Assembly (NCBI GenBank): GCA_951406725.2 | Contig: OX597819.1 | Coordinates: 127,658,001 to 127,722,000 of the forward strand | DNA: 64,000 nucleotides | Direction of reading: 5' to 3' | From: Octopus vulgaris | Lineage: Eukaryota | Shown here: positions 14,128 to 27,779 of the stretch, piece after piece | How positions within the stretch are numbered: the first letter of the stretch is position 1 | Layout of the letters: every line of letters starts with the position of its first letter | Program-made: the position numbers and the translations under genes | Notes under the pieces: model-generated | Database searches by the model: none | What the model was told of the DNA's origin: nothing | The model's input: only the letters and a program-made list of their open reading frames with translations

Positions 14128-14360
14128 CACAAGTACAAGTAAGTACTGTTATAGCTTGGGATTCAAGGGCTCACAGTTATTTAATACCTCGTCAAAACAT
14201 CTGAGAGATCTCCATGCAGTCGGTGCAGATATTTTCAAGAAATAACTTGATCTTATGTTGCTCAACTTTCCACATGAACCTAAAACACGGCAAGAAACTC
14301 AAAAAAGGGCAGCCATATCGAACTTAGTCCTTCGCCAAAAACCACTGAAAAAGGGATAAT
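14128..14360 (+). mobile_element. L2-group (Crack/Daphne-like) LINE 3' fragment
   Basis: SLGFKGSQLFN..HLRDL..FKK*LDLML..PHEP..RAAISN resembles the G.RLFN.LP..FK..LD..PDEP..AA.SNS C-terminus of this group. Confidence 0.6.
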
Positions 14361-14532
14361 GCTGGCGTTACTCCAGCATGGCTGTAGACTTTGTGCTGAA
14401 ATGCATCAACTGTTGAACTTACAACTGTTTCTTAAAATCCATAAAGGTTAATAAAAACATTACAGTTAAGACTACTAATGTGATTGTAAACGAAAATATT
14501 TGTAGAATTTGCAACTGTGATTCTTACAATGT

Positions 14533-14790
14533 GGAGGCGCGTGGCTTAGTAGTTAGGGTGTCAGCACCATGATCGTAAGATTGTGGTTTCGATTCCTGGA
14601 CCGGGCGACGCGTTGTATTCTTGAGCAAAACGCTTCATTTCACGTTGCTCCAGTCCAATCAGCTGGCAAAAATGAGTAACGCTGCGATGGACTGACGTCC
14701 CGTCCAGCTGGGAAACACATGCATCATAGAAACCGGGAAACCGGGCCCATGAGTCTGGCTAGGCTTTAAAAAGGGCGCATTTATTTTCTG
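14533..14790 (+). mobile_element. tRNA-derived SINE family C (CORE-like centre)
   Basis: A-box TGGCTTAGTAG, B-box GTTTCGATTCC, TTGAGCAAAACGCTT core-like segment, GCGATGGACTGACGTCCCGTCCAG. Confidence 0.75.
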
Positions 14791-14944
14791 ACATTTTCAT
14801 TCTTACGATATAAATTTGTAAATATCACGTCTCTAACATATAAATATAACGCAAACTTGCCGGATTTCGAGGCATATGAACTAACAAGCAATGGCACCGA
14901 ACAACATCATACAGCATAAATAAAAATAAAATAGTGTGAATGTA

Positions 14945-15190
14945 CTTAAGTAGGTGTTATTGACGTAAGCCCCTTGGCTCTGGAGCCCTTCACGGATTTA
15001 TCATGTTGACTGAATAATTTAGAAACACGATCCCTTCCATCAACTCTTCTCATTACATTGAAACTCCTGCAATGTGCATTTAGTGCACCATTAAAGATAT
15101 TGTAGTCTTGAATTAGCTGCGTGTCATATCCTGGGCAAGATTGCTTACACGTTGCTAGGACACACTCCAAAGTTGCTCAGTCTTATACAG
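14945..15190 (-). mobile_element. RLE-type (HERO-like) LINE fragment
   Basis: Highly similar to 21540-21710; LECVLATCK is the His/Cys zinc-knuckle region. Confidence 0.55.
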
Positions 15191-15708
15191 ATAACCCTAC
15201 AAATGAAGTGATAAATGATTGACGCGATACAAATACCGCAACTCAGCTAAAATTCAACGCATTGATAAAATATACAGGTTACATAGAGAACAAGTTCTTC
15301 GAGCCTCTTTGATTCCGTTGGTCCTGCCAACGATAAAAAGAGAAGCAATATATGCCAATAGCATAGAAGCTATCCAGAAGATAGCCTCATTTATTAGAAA
15401 CGTTGGGGACTTGGAAACTTTGTACTCATGGAGAAATATGAAAGAATATAATAAGACATGACTAGGACATAATCATGTTTCGAAATGAATAAAATCGACA
15501 GACACACATCGACAGACATACAAACTCACGCGTATATACATGCGATGGGTTCTTTCTAAGACCGAAACAGACTGCACAATTTAGCCTTCGACGTTGAATA
15601 ACAAACTCTTGTTTACTTTGGATCGTACCGAGCAAATTTCCGTTCATGTGTGTATGTGTATGTGTGTGTGCGTGTGTGCGTGCGTGTGTGTGTGTGCGTG
15701 TGTGTGTG

Positions 15709-15755
<47 letters not shown>

Positions 15756-15819
15756 TATACTACAAAGTAAGATAGGGGTTATGGGTGTAACCCACTATGG
15801 GATATCATTTATCCAATAC

Positions 15820-16050
15820 TAGCAGTGGTACCCGGCGTTGCCCGGTTGCATTCAATTGAAGAATTAAACTTTTCTGTTATATTTTCTGTAATGAACTGGA
15901 ATATCTATATTTCGAATTTCATCAAAATTGCAGATGAGGGTTATTTCCCTCTTTAGACACCCTAAAAAATTTGTAATCGTGCCACATGTATCCCATACTA
16001 TTGATTTTTATGCGCATATTCCAAAATTCCAGTTTTATTGAACCTGTTAA
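15820..16050 (-). mobile_element. Helitron 3' end fragment
   Basis: Minus strand ends in the hairpin CCGGGCAACGCCGGG followed by CTAG-3'. Confidence 0.55.
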
Positions 16051-16998
16051 AAAGATTTTGCTCCTGAAAAATGAAGGTCATGGAACTCTAAAATGTGAGA
16101 GTTAAGGCCCCTGTTGGGGGTGGGCATCTTAATATCAACCAGAGAAGTTGAATTGTTGAAAGGCTTTTTAACTTGGGTATTATATCTATTGTTTGAATTT
16201 CTTTCAAATAGGAAATATATGTTCACTGGGTTTGTAAAAGAGAGCAAAGCTACAGGAAACCAAAAAACAAATGATCACAATAAGTAATCAGCTACAGTAC
16301 CCTAGTCGTTACCACTCCCAAAGTAGTATTCCTCACCATCCAGGTGACAGGCACAGCCGTAAGATGCATTACGAAGCTATAGCAATTGGAAGAGCGTGAC
16401 CCAACTGAAATCAACATTAAAAACTGTGTGACGTGAGGGCTTAGGAGAAATTAAAGTGTCACATCTGGAGTTTGCAAATGACCACTATACTGATACGTAA
16501 CTGGACAGAATGAATTTAAAATCTATAAATGTCTTTGAATAACCAGTCACTTATCTGGGAAGGCCTTGAAATCAATGTTACCATCTGGGGACTATGTGTG
16601 ACCGTATGTATATGTATGTATATATGTAAGTGTATGTGTGTGTCTTTGTCTCTGTGTTTCGCCCTCATCACTGCTGCTCAACTGCTGTTCATTTATTTAC
16701 ATCCACATAAATTACTGGTTTTACAAGAACAAACTAATCGAATAAGTACTAGGCTTATCAGCATAAGTTCATTAAAATATTGGGTGCAAAAGATTACAAC
16801 ATAGATATACATTCTCAAGAAAATTTTAAAGATAGTTTTCAGAAGGAATTATTGAAAAGTTCAGTGGAATATTGGTATTGTATTAATGAACTTGTTAAAC
16901 TTTTTTATGTCCTTAACATGTTCTTGTTACCAAAGACTGTATATATGTATTGTAGCATTTTGTGACAACCATTAATTAACACATCAAACTTTTATACG

Positions 16999-17043
16999 TT
17001 ACTTTTGACAATCTTTTTCCAAAGAGTGAAACCGGTAAAGTAA
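16999..17043 (+). ncRNA. Hammerhead-like motif with U3-A8 core (TTGACAA)
   Basis: TTACTT-TTGACAA-TCTTT(TTCC)AAAGA-GT-GAAA-CCGG-TA-AAGTAA; about 40 bp upstream of a (TA)n array. Confidence 0.55.
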
Positions 17044-17082
17044 ATAAACATCTTTTAAAATTGCATTTTCACACTTTCTTTC

Positions 17083-17153
<71 letters not shown>

Positions 17154-17470
17154 AATACAAATAAACAGAAACATTAAACTCAAATGGACGCACAATACAC
17201 ATACTTACATACATGCATGCATACATACACACACACACTTATACATACATACTCATATATAGTGAAAGCGATATGACGAGAAGACCCAAGAAGTACTTCC
17301 TTAAACAATCACATGAAGAAGCATGTTTTATTCCTTGGAAGTATGACAATGATTGCACAACACTTCGATAATGTGCTAAAGGTGTAAAAATGTCTCGAAA
17401 CTATTGTAGTGATCTTAAATGAAAAAATGGCCTTCATTACATTTTCTATTATCTGTCTGTCTGTCTGTCT

Positions 17471-17525
<55 letters not shown>

Positions 17526-17772
17526 TATTTGTCAGAAGTTCATATATGCAAGAAAAGAACACACTAAAGCATTAGAGTAGTAACATCTATTTTTTAGAAA
17601 GTTAAAAGTTATAGCCAGCCACAGGGTGATGATTGGTTTTACACTTATAGGCAACCATAAGCAGTATAAGCAACTTACCAGACTCAGTCGCATGTACCGC
17701 TAAGAGTTTGTAGGTGCGAAAGCAATGATCATTCTATGACTTGCCATAACTTAAATTTCTAAAATATATATT

Positions 17773-18308
17773 CAGTTATGCCTCGATATACGAGTTAATT
17801 TTTACCCGGACACCGCTCGTAAAGCGAAAGCTCATAAAGCAGAGTAATAATTTGCCATATTAACAATGCTCTAAATCGTAATTCGTTCCCAGAAAAAGTA
17901 TTTTACCAATAAAATTTAGAATACTCGTAAATAAATGGCAATAAAACAACAGTAGAATGTAAAGAATGTTTTATCTAAAGTAAAAAGAATGTCAAGATCA
18001 TTTGTAATATAAAAATTATTATTAAAATAACCGTTTTCTGAATCATTTTCACCCGCACTCACCATCACTTGCAAATGCGATCGTCATTCACAAGCCCTCG
18101 TAGACGGAATTGTAGATCTATTTGTTAATAAACAAGTCTAGAATTGTTTGCTTAGAAGCTTTTGTTTTTCGCTCTCCATAAATGTCTCTAACTTGTAGAA
18201 GTATTTGCTATGATAGGACAAACTTTTGCACTTCGTTCAAAATTTGGATCGTGTGCTTGCAATGTAAAACTCTCGCAAAATGGGTCCTCATAAAGTGAGA
18301 TATTACTG
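17773..18308. mobile_element. pogo/Tigger-like MITE
   Basis: Imperfect TIRs CAGTTATGCCTCGATATACGAG and CTCATAAAGTGAGATATTACTG, followed by TA. Confidence 0.6.
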
Positions 18309-18865
18309 TATATCGGTGGGTGGAGAGTTCTACAGGATATATCATAATCACCGAAAGGCAATTAAGACCAGCTACATTGGAGAAGGAGAGAAAATATCAA
18401 AAATCAAGGATTCTCCAAAAGTGACATGACATTAAGGGACAAAAAGAAAGACAAAGAAATGTAAGGTAAACTTATGGGCACGTGTTTTTGTAGATTTGCA
18501 ATTTTGGTTTTGTTTCATACAGATAAACCACGTGTTTTTCCTCACTGCGACCAGTTAGTTGCAGTGTACCATATCATTTCATCAAAGATTTTATGCTCGT
18601 TTATCTATCCACAGGTAGAATGACATCTTATATTTAGTTGCATTAATTCTACATTAACGACTACAGAGGTGTGCTGGACTCTAGTAATTTTCATAATGCT
18701 GCAGACATTGACAGCATTGTATGTATGTATGTATGTATGTATGTATGTATGTATGTATGTATGTATGTATGCGTGTGCGTGTATGTCTGTGTGTATACGT
18801 GAGTATGTATATGCATGTATACATAAACGCATACAGGTACATATATATGATATATAAAATCATTT

Positions 18866-18927
<62 letters not shown>

Positions 18928-18952
18928 CACAGACGCACACATATATATATAA

Positions 18953-18999
<47 letters not shown>

Positions 19000-19003
19000 A
19001 AGA

Positions 19004-19039
19004 ACAGGTTTTGTTGAATTTTCTGCTGCTTTAAATAAA

Positions 19040-19040
<1 letters not shown>
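19004..19040 (+). mobile_element. Solo arm of fold-back element family F3
   Basis: ACAGGTTTTGTTGAATTTTCTGCTGCTTTAAATAAAG matches 43605-43640; embedded in TA/CA repeats. Confidence 0.75.
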
Positions 19041-19080
<40 letters not shown>

Positions 19081-19168
19081 TATACACACACATATATATA
19101 TATACATATATATATATAATATATAATATATAATATATAATATTATTATGTATATGTAGAAATATAAA

Positions 19169-19203
<35 letters not shown>

Positions 19204-19483
19204 GTATGTATATGTATAAATAATTATTGCACACATTTGATTTTGAATGTTCATTCAAGCATTCGCTGTTGCTTCGTCGTAATACATCCGCGTATTTGCG
19301 CTTTATCCAGACGACTTCAAAGAGATGTTTATTTATTTATTTTAAAGAAAAATATAATGCTTCATTGAGTAAAGGGGAAAATGAAATAAAAGGGGGGGAA
19401 ATAGACATGGGCCTTTCAATTTTCGCCCGGAGCTCTAATTTTTCTTAAGACATTTTCTATAAAATTACCTAGTTTCACACAAG

Positions 19484-19519
<36 letters not shown>

Positions 19520-19553
19520 TTATATTGTACACGTGCGCATACACACACACATA

Positions 19554-20760
19554 TGAGGGGTAACAAAACGTTCCTGGACTGGTTCTGCAGCACGCCAACA
19601 GATGGCAGCTCACAGTTGCGTGCGCAGTGAGAGCTGGTAGGGATCATCATGAGCCCATGTGGCGAGTGACATCGCTGTGTCTACTTCACAAGATGTGAAA
19701 TTCGTGTTTTCGTGCTCACGTGTATGCTGTAGTCTGCAATTTTTTAATGGAGAGGAATAAAGAACTAACGTGAAATTTTGCGTAAAATTTCAGAAGTCTA
19801 CTACAGAGATTTTAAGCATGTTTGAGCAAGCTTAAGACAACGAGACATTGGTATGGGCGCTTCAAAAGCGGAAGAACATCCCCGGAAGATGGTGAGCGAC
19901 CTGGAAGACCGGTCACGACATTGCTGATGTGGTTGGTCTATTGTATATGTGTCCGTGCAAGCAATCCTAACGTCTGAATTGAATACGTGGCGGGTCTTTA
20001 ACAAGTTTGTTCCCTGCCTGCTGACCACTGAGCAGAAAGAACATCGCGTCGAAGTCTGTCAAAATATCCGTCAGCGTGCCGCTGATGACCCATCCTTCAT
20101 ATGTCGAGGATCATCAACGGTGATAAGAGTTGTGTCTACGGGTACGACCCTGAGACGAAGCATCAGTCATCAAAATGGAAGAGGCCTTCATCTCCACAAC
20201 TGAAGAAAGCACGACAGACCTGCAGTTTAATCAAGAGAATGCTCATCGTTTTGTTTTTGACATCTGCGGTATTGTGCATCGAGTATTCGTCCCTCAGGAC
20301 TAGACCACCAGTCGAGGGTTCTACTGCGACATTTTGAAGCGTTTGAGAGAAGATTTTCGGTGAAAACGGCCAGATTTGTGGAGCGTGAAGAATTGAATTC
20401 TTCACGATGACACTGTACCCTGTCACCAAGCTCTCCCCACTCGGGATTTTCTCGCCAAAAGCAACATGGTATCGCTTTCGCATCTACCACTATTCACCAG
20501 ATTTAGTACCTGCGGACTTCCATCTCTTCCGCAAGATGAAAATGATGCTCTAAGGTTGTCGTTGTCGAAATCCAGATCACATTGCACGTTTAGGGAAAAC
20601 GACTTCCAGATTCCAAAAGTGGCAGCAACGTCGAGTTTAGTGTATTACTGCGCAAGCTGACTATTTTCAAGGAGATGATGTTAAAACTTAGGTGAATAAG
20701 TATTTTTTTTTATTAATTAATCAAACGTAACTAGTCCGGGAACTTTTTTATACCACCCGG
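19554..20760 (+). mobile_element. mariner (Tc1/mariner) DNA transposon, near full length, decayed transposase
   Basis: KFVPCLLTTEQKEHRV (WVP linker), IINGDKSCVYGYDPETKHQSSKW, LHDDT and decayed P.SPDL.P.DF motifs; imperfect TIRs and TA flanks. Confidence 0.9.
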
Positions 20761-20841
20761 TATATATTTGTGTGTGTGCACGCGCGTGAGTGTGTGATTG
20801 TGTGATTATATGCGTGCGTATATATATATATGTATATATAC

Positions 20842-20904
<63 letters not shown>

Positions 20905-21099
20905 ATATATATGTATGTGTGTGTGCGCGCTTGTTTATATACCTATATTATAAAGCTACCTTATATACGTATATATAGTTTTGCGATTACCTCTCCACAA
21001 TTCGTCAGTTGCAGTAAGGAGACCATAATAACTTCCATATCATCAATCAGTATCGATCCTTCCAGAAATCCCGACTTGCATTGATGTTACAAGAGCTTC

Positions 21100-22440
21100 T
21101 CAGTTTCTTGTGGCCGAAAGCGTCTCTTGTGGCATCTCTATATATTGAGCAGGGGAACAAAGCGCACCTGTCCTGTTCTCCGTACAAATGCAACAAGTCC
21201 AGTCTAATCACATGGAAACTATTCTAATCATCCAGCAATTATTTCATTTTTCTATCTGCTGAGGATTTCTTCGTTGTGTATAGCTTTGGCCTTTCTTGTG
21301 TCACTGCTATTTTCATGATGAAGCCTTCTTTGTTTCCATCTCTGATATTTCAAAATCCGACCCCTGCACCGTGCTCGCACATCACACTTGCCTTATCCCA
21401 CCACACTTTATTTACTTTGTATATTTGGCCCTTCTTCCACGAGTCCATTCTATATAACCTTTCCAAGGCAACAACTATGACTTGTGTTTTTTACAGTCTC
21501 ACATGAAACAAGCCCAAGCTGTTGTATCGTTATTGCAATATAATTTAGAAACACGATCCTTTCGTTCAACTATTCTTCTCATTAAATGACACTCCTGCAA
21601 TGTGCATTTAGTGTACCCTTAATGATATTGTAGTCTTGAATTAGCTGCGTGTCATATCCTGGGCAAGATTGCTTACACGATGCCAGGACATGCTCCAAAG
21701 ATGCTCAGTCTTTTTACCTATTACATGCAGCAACGCCCTGCCAGTACCACCACATAGCATTGATCGAAAATGGATGTGCATCGTGCATAGCTCTTTGGAG
21801 AAAGCCACCATTTTCTACGATAGCTTTCTTTGCTCGGAGGTTCCAATGTATCCTTAATTCTCCGGCTTTAACCAAACGACCTTCCTTTTTAATACGACAA
21901 ATTTATTTTCTAATACTATCTCGCATACCTTTGTGATTCTGGTGAGATATCTATTTGATCCGTATCCTCTCCAGTCCAACCCGCATCAGTTCTTTCCATT
22001 ACCGGTTGGTCACTGTTACCTTAACAACTTTCCTCATGTTCACTTTCTTTCCACTCACCAATACTGGCAGGGTCGAACGAACAGCGAGATCTACCGAAAT
22101 CTAGACTGTCGGATGGGAGCCGTTTGGGAGCCGGGTGAAACGCGGCCGGAAGCTGTTTTCTACTGTTTTTATCCACCAGTGATGTCAAAGGCAGCAGCAG
22201 ATTTGCACTATCACCATACACACTTGGTGTGAGTTCAAACCAACAAAAATGGCATGAATCCAAACCACTCTAATAGAATCTTCCAAGAATTCTTTTCTAT
22301 TCTCTCCACTCCTGTTAATGATATTTCATGCACACATGCATTTCTGGTTGACATAAAATAATATTTTATTTCGGTGAAGGGTATGTGTGGATTAGTTTTG
22401 TCAGGAAAGTGTCTTGACACACAGTGTACAGAAATGGATT
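21100..22440 (-). mobile_element. RLE-type (HERO-like) non-LTR retrotransposon fragment, decayed
   Basis: Minus frames give EISLTGVERIEK..WFG, VYGDSANLLLPLTSLV, FLQRAMHD and SLEHVLASCK. Confidence 0.6.
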
Positions 22441-23449
22441 ATGAATCTGTGTGATGTTTCTGCATATAGACGACAGTTGAGCTTTAAAAAAATGCGATGA
22501 TTTTGATCCAGTTTATATGGGTTTCACAGTGTTAGTACAAGCAGTTTCAAATACTGATTTCCTGGTGTCTCCTTGAAGAAATAGACTGAAACCATGGTCT
22601 ACATTTATCTGTAGTTTATGCTGGATGGAAATTTGCCAGTATTCTGTACGTCTATGACATATATTCTTTGTTATTTCTTTGGCTAGTTGCAGAGTTTCGT
22701 TGCATGATTTTGTATACTGTGTTCCTGTCCAATGATCTGGGCTATTTCTGTTCAGTTTTCTGTGTTTCCCCGTAGAATATACTTTTCCAGAATGCCTATA
22801 CATTTTGTTGAATGTATAATTGTGGTGTCTATATTGGTGATGATGGCGATGCTGAATGATAAGAAATTTCATTCAGGAATTTTTTTTATCTTTGCTAAAA
22901 CTCTTGTGAGTTCCTAAAAATATTATTGCTTTGTTCGTTTATGTACGAATGTATTGCGACGAGGAAGATGCGGCTTCTACTGCTGCTACTACTGCTGCTG
23001 CTACTGCTTCTGCTGCTTCTACTGCTGCTTCTGCAGTTGATGAAGGTGTGTAGATAAATTTGGAGATTGCTTGCCATGTTATTGTAGTGTTGTGGTGATT
23101 CAATTCTTGAGATAAAAGCTGGGTAGTTTGGGAGTAGATTTGTTGGTATTGGAATTGTCAGGTATATGGACGTGTTGGTGTTGATTAGCGTTAGTTTTAT
23201 TGGGTCGCCTCTAGTGTTACTTGGATTCATTTTCCGCCAGGATATGTTGCGTGATTCACCAACGACTTCGCGCAGGAATGTTGAAACTCTTTTGTTAATG
23301 TGTAAACCCTGTTGGAACGTTTGAAGACATTGGTCGTAGTACATATATATTATGTTAGTGATCTCATGCGGTTGGCATCTACTTGAAATGACTGAATTTC
23401 TATGCACTGTAGAACCCAATGAATAATCGAAAGTTATTTCAGATACCTA

Positions 23450-24007
23450 GTTACGGAATGTACAGCTTTATGCCTCCAGGATATTAATAATCTGGAAGCC
23501 GTTCAGCGACGTGCAACCAAGAGAATACCCTCCATCAGGCAATTGCCATATTCTGAACGCATCACTTCCCTGGGCATGAATACATTGAAACTCCGACGTC
23601 TGGCAGCTGACTTGGCAGACACCCATAAAATTATTAACCATCTTACAAACAATAACTCTGAGCACCTTTTCAAACTCCACCTGTCTAACACACGTGGGCA
23701 TGTTTACAAAGTCAGAAAACGGCACAGCTCCCATGACTTTCGGAAACATTTTTTCACGCTAAGAGTTGCTGAAGCATGGAACAAACTGCCAGCATCAGTT
23801 GTTAGTTGTCGGAGCACTGCATCCTTCAAAACTTCCATGCTTCCTGAGATTCGCCAACACTACACCTGATTTTCTCCCCTCCATACACACACAAGCATGT
23901 ATCTGACTCGTACACCGTTCACTTTCCAGGCATTTGTACATTACTGCATATACTTTATACGCACTTTTGACAAGTTGTGGTGCACCTGAGCACTGTATAC
24001 AATAATT

Positions 24008-24078
<71 letters not shown>
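23450..24078 (+). mobile_element. CR1-clade LINE 3' end with (ATT)n tail
   Basis: LEAVQRRATK..LPYSERI..L.TLKLRRL..D..NTRGH..K..FRKHFFTLRVAEAWNKLP; 3' UTR runs into (ATT)n at 24009-24078. Confidence 0.9.
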
Positions 24079-24468
24079 GAGTGAGAGAGCAGTTCATGCC
24101 ATCAAAGTGACACTGGGGTAAAATATACGAAGCCCAATATACCCATCATGACTACCCGTCTGATAAAGGTACACCAGGCACATGCATCACAACCATATGT
24201 GCGCGACATGGTGATCTCATATCAAGATAAACAGCACATGACCTTGAAGGTGGGGCCCAGTTAGAATTTTCTTCAGGTTGAGTAACGCATCCCGCTCAAA
24301 CGGTCCCTGAATAAGGGTTGTTTAAGGATGTTGAAAGAACCACCCATGTTCCCAGAGGTGAACTATTCAAACCCCAAAGAATCCCTCTCAACACATGGCT
24401 ATGATGCTCCCCCACTTGAGCAGAATATTTGCTGTAGCCCATCTTTTATACCAAGACAAAACAATGTA
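24079..24468. mobile_element. ~390-bp element inserted within an (ATT)n array (possible R4/Dong-type 3' UTR)
   Basis: Complex sequence flanked on both sides by (ATT)n; family assignment is inference. Confidence 0.45.
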
Positions 24469-24513
24469 CTATTATTATTGTTATTATTATTATTATCATC
24501 ATCATCATCATCA

Positions 24514-24596
<83 letters not shown>

Positions 24597-24792
24597 TATG
24601 TCTTGCCTTATTGATAGATACTTCAGAATTTCAGGGATTTGTGTAGGGTTTTAATGTTATGAATGTCGTTTTTGAGAATACTGTTTTAGATAACAAACGA
24701 GGATTATTTTTTTATTCAGTACTCTGTCACATAATTTATTTTATAGTTTTGTTATATTCATTGGTTTACTTTGGCATGCGGTCAGTCAACTT

Positions 24793-25101
24793 GGATCTTT
24801 TCGTTTTGACCGGCAGATTTTTAAAATAATTTCTTTGTAACTATGACAGCGTCAGAAAATGTTGTTGACAACAATCCGGCAGAAATTGAATTCACCTCAA
24901 TAGATGTCATTGATTGGTTGAAATTGCCGAAATGCAAGAAATTAAAGAAAAAATAGCTTACAAACTACAGAATTTTCTCAAGAAAGCCAAGAGAAAAAGA
25001 TGTTTTATAAACACATTCTACCAGTATACGAAGTTTAAAAGTGTTTAGTTACATTACAAAGAAATTATTTTTTGAATCTGCCGGTCAAAGCGAAAAGATC
25101 C
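24793..25101. mobile_element. MITE with ~50-bp TIRs starting GG and 8-bp TSD (Merlin- or hAT-like)
   Basis: GGATCTTTTCGTTTTGACCGGCAGATT and AATCTGCCGGTCAAAGCGAAAAGATCC; TSD GTCAACTT/GTCAACCT. Confidence 0.85.
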
Positions 25102-25367
25102 GTCAACCTTCATTAATTCAGTAATAATTTTTTTAAATTTAGGCTTTTAGATTTGCAGCATAAGGAAAATTGTCTATGTATCTTTTTCTTAGTGATAAAC
25201 AAATGCCTTTTTCATAGACAGTACATCAGCATGGCCGCAGCTCTGAGCTGAAACTAGGAAAAAAAAAAGAAAGAAAAATCAAAAGATGTACAATATGTAC
25301 ATTATTTATAAGCAAAAAGCGCTGGCAAATAGCTTAAATATTTTGATATATCTTCATATATAAATAA

Positions 25368-25573
25368 GGCGGTGAGCTGGCAAAATCGTTACCGCGCTGG
25401 CAAAATGCTTAGCGGTATTTCGTCCGTCTTTACACTCTGAGTTCAAATTTCACCGAAGCCGACTTTACCTTTCATCATTTCGAGGTCGATAAAAAATGTC
25501 CCAATCTAGTACTGGAATCGATAGAATCGACTTATTTTCTTCCTCTGTACTTGCCAAAATCTGAAACCAATAT
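25368..25573 (+). mobile_element. SINE family A, older diverged copy
   Basis: Homology to family A head and body. Confidence 0.8.
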
Positions 25574-25745
25574 TACCAAACTTAATGATTATACGAGTAA
25601 AGATAACCTGTGTACATATAGCGCAAGTTTGGGAAATTTAGTTAAACATTACGTACACAGGAATTTATCACGAATATATGTGTGTATGTGTGTGTGTATG
25701 GAAGTGTGTGTGTGTGTGTGTATAGGAGTCTCTCTCTCTCTCTCT

Positions 25746-25786
<41 letters not shown>

Positions 25787-26965
25787 TACGTTTTCCAGTT
25801 TCAGCTCTTGAGCTGTGGCCATGCTGGGGCACCGCCATTTTAAAAAAATCCACCCAACGTGGATATAAAGAGATATATAAAGAGAGAGAGAGGGAGGGAG
25901 ATGCGTGTGTGTGTATGGTTGTAAAGAAATGCATACACACACACACACACACACTGAAAACATGCGTCAATTAGCTTATTTTTCTGTTTTTAAGTATTTA
26001 TACGTTCTAAAAGGAAAACGTACCACATTTCAACAAAGAAATGCCGACAACAAAACCTTAAGGTTTAGTCACAGTATCTTCAAATAGTTAGCAAACTCAT
26101 AAAAAATATTCTTCTGTAACATCAAAGAACTTAATAACGACGACCCGCCGAGATATAGTAAGAAAAACTGGGTCACAAAAATAGGGGTGGAGGATTAACT
26201 TCGTCTCCATCCCTTATACATGAAGAGCAACAGTTGAAATAAAATAAAATGCAGTTACACGTCAGATAAATGTGTGCGCTTGTTTTTTTTTTTTTGTGTG
26301 TGTGGTTGGAAATATACGTGTGTGAACAAGTAAATACAAATATGCGTACATACTTAGAAAGACTCGCCCGTATACATACATACATGCATACATACATACA
26401 TACATACATACATACATACATACATACATACATACATACACACATACATACATACATACATACATTCATACACACATACATACATGCATACACACACACA
26501 TACATACATACATACATACATGCATGCATACATACATACGTACATACATACATAACATACATAACTATGTATTATAGTACTAGTGATCACTATGTGCTTT
26601 TTAAGGGCGATGTCTTTGTTGTATAAAAACTGCTTTTTTTTTCTAGCTTCGTAGTAATAAATTAATATTATTCTCTTTAGAATCGTAGTTGCTACTTGTC
26701 ATAAAAAGCAGGTGATGGCATAATGGGAATATTACATGAAAGTTTTGATCCGGCAGCTTGTCTATTGGTTCACAGGCAGCGTTTATGTTTTTTAACGCTC
26801 TTCACACCACTCTCTCGAAGCTACTGCCTCGGTATCGAAACCAAGGTGATATCCGATAAGCAGCTGATGAAGAGAACGAGACTTTGATATGCTTATTAGT
26901 AAATCTTTTTTTATATCTTGGGTTTTGCTATTCTGAACTGTCCTTGTTGAACATGTTTGTGGGAT

Positions 26966-27005
<40 letters not shown>

Positions 27006-27067
27006 ATATATATATGTGTGTGTGTGTGTGTGTTTACATATATATATATATATATATACATAATATA

Positions 27068-27426
27068 CTAGCACTATGACCCGGCAACGCCGGGTCATAG
27101 TGCTAGTGCATGCATATACAGCTGCGTGCGTGCGCACATACACGCCAGTCCAAATCTCCGACCAATCACATACAGCTGGCTGGCTTTCAATTGGCGTATC
27201 AGGTTTCGGGCATTTTGATTGGGTTTTGGATAGAAAATTCACAAAAAAGTCACCTCTATTGATTTTTAAATGGCTTTGCGGGGTGACTGGGGAAATGTAA
27301 AGATGTGTACGACCACCCTTGGACGATTTTGAATGACCATAGAAAGTGCGAGCCTTCTAACTGAAAAATTGTGGATTTGTATAAAGGATACACACAGACA
27401 GACATTTTGCCGTTTATATATATAGA
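27068..27426 (-). mobile_element. Non-autonomous Helitron with perfect terminal palindrome
   Basis: Minus strand starts 5'-TCTATATATATAAACGG and ends hairpin-CTAG-3', between A and T; 19-bp-arm palindrome at 27067-27107. Confidence 0.8.
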
Positions 27427-27716
27427 TTATATATATGCATATAACTACATACCTACATACCTACATACATACATACGTAGGTAGGTAGGTATGAAGGGCA
27501 GGAGGGAGAGAGGGGGAGGTGGATGGACATATGGGTAACATTCTTTTTAATAATTACGTATATCCATATATAACTACATATAAATATGTATATATGAGAG
27601 AGCGTACATACATGTACGTGTGTGTGCGTAATTATGTGTATACTTTGTGACTTATATAATCAATGCAAATTTATAATTATAAAATATACAAGGATTCACA
27701 AGAGAGTTTTGTGGAG

Positions 27717-27757
<41 letters not shown>

Positions 27758-27779
27758 GCACACATATATTCTTTATTTT

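Noticed and set aside
22513-23419. Two longer minus-strand ORFs (119 and 174 aa)
   Set aside because: No recognisable domain; interrupted by a (CTG/CTA)n repeat and wedged between LINE fragments, so probably decayed TE sequence
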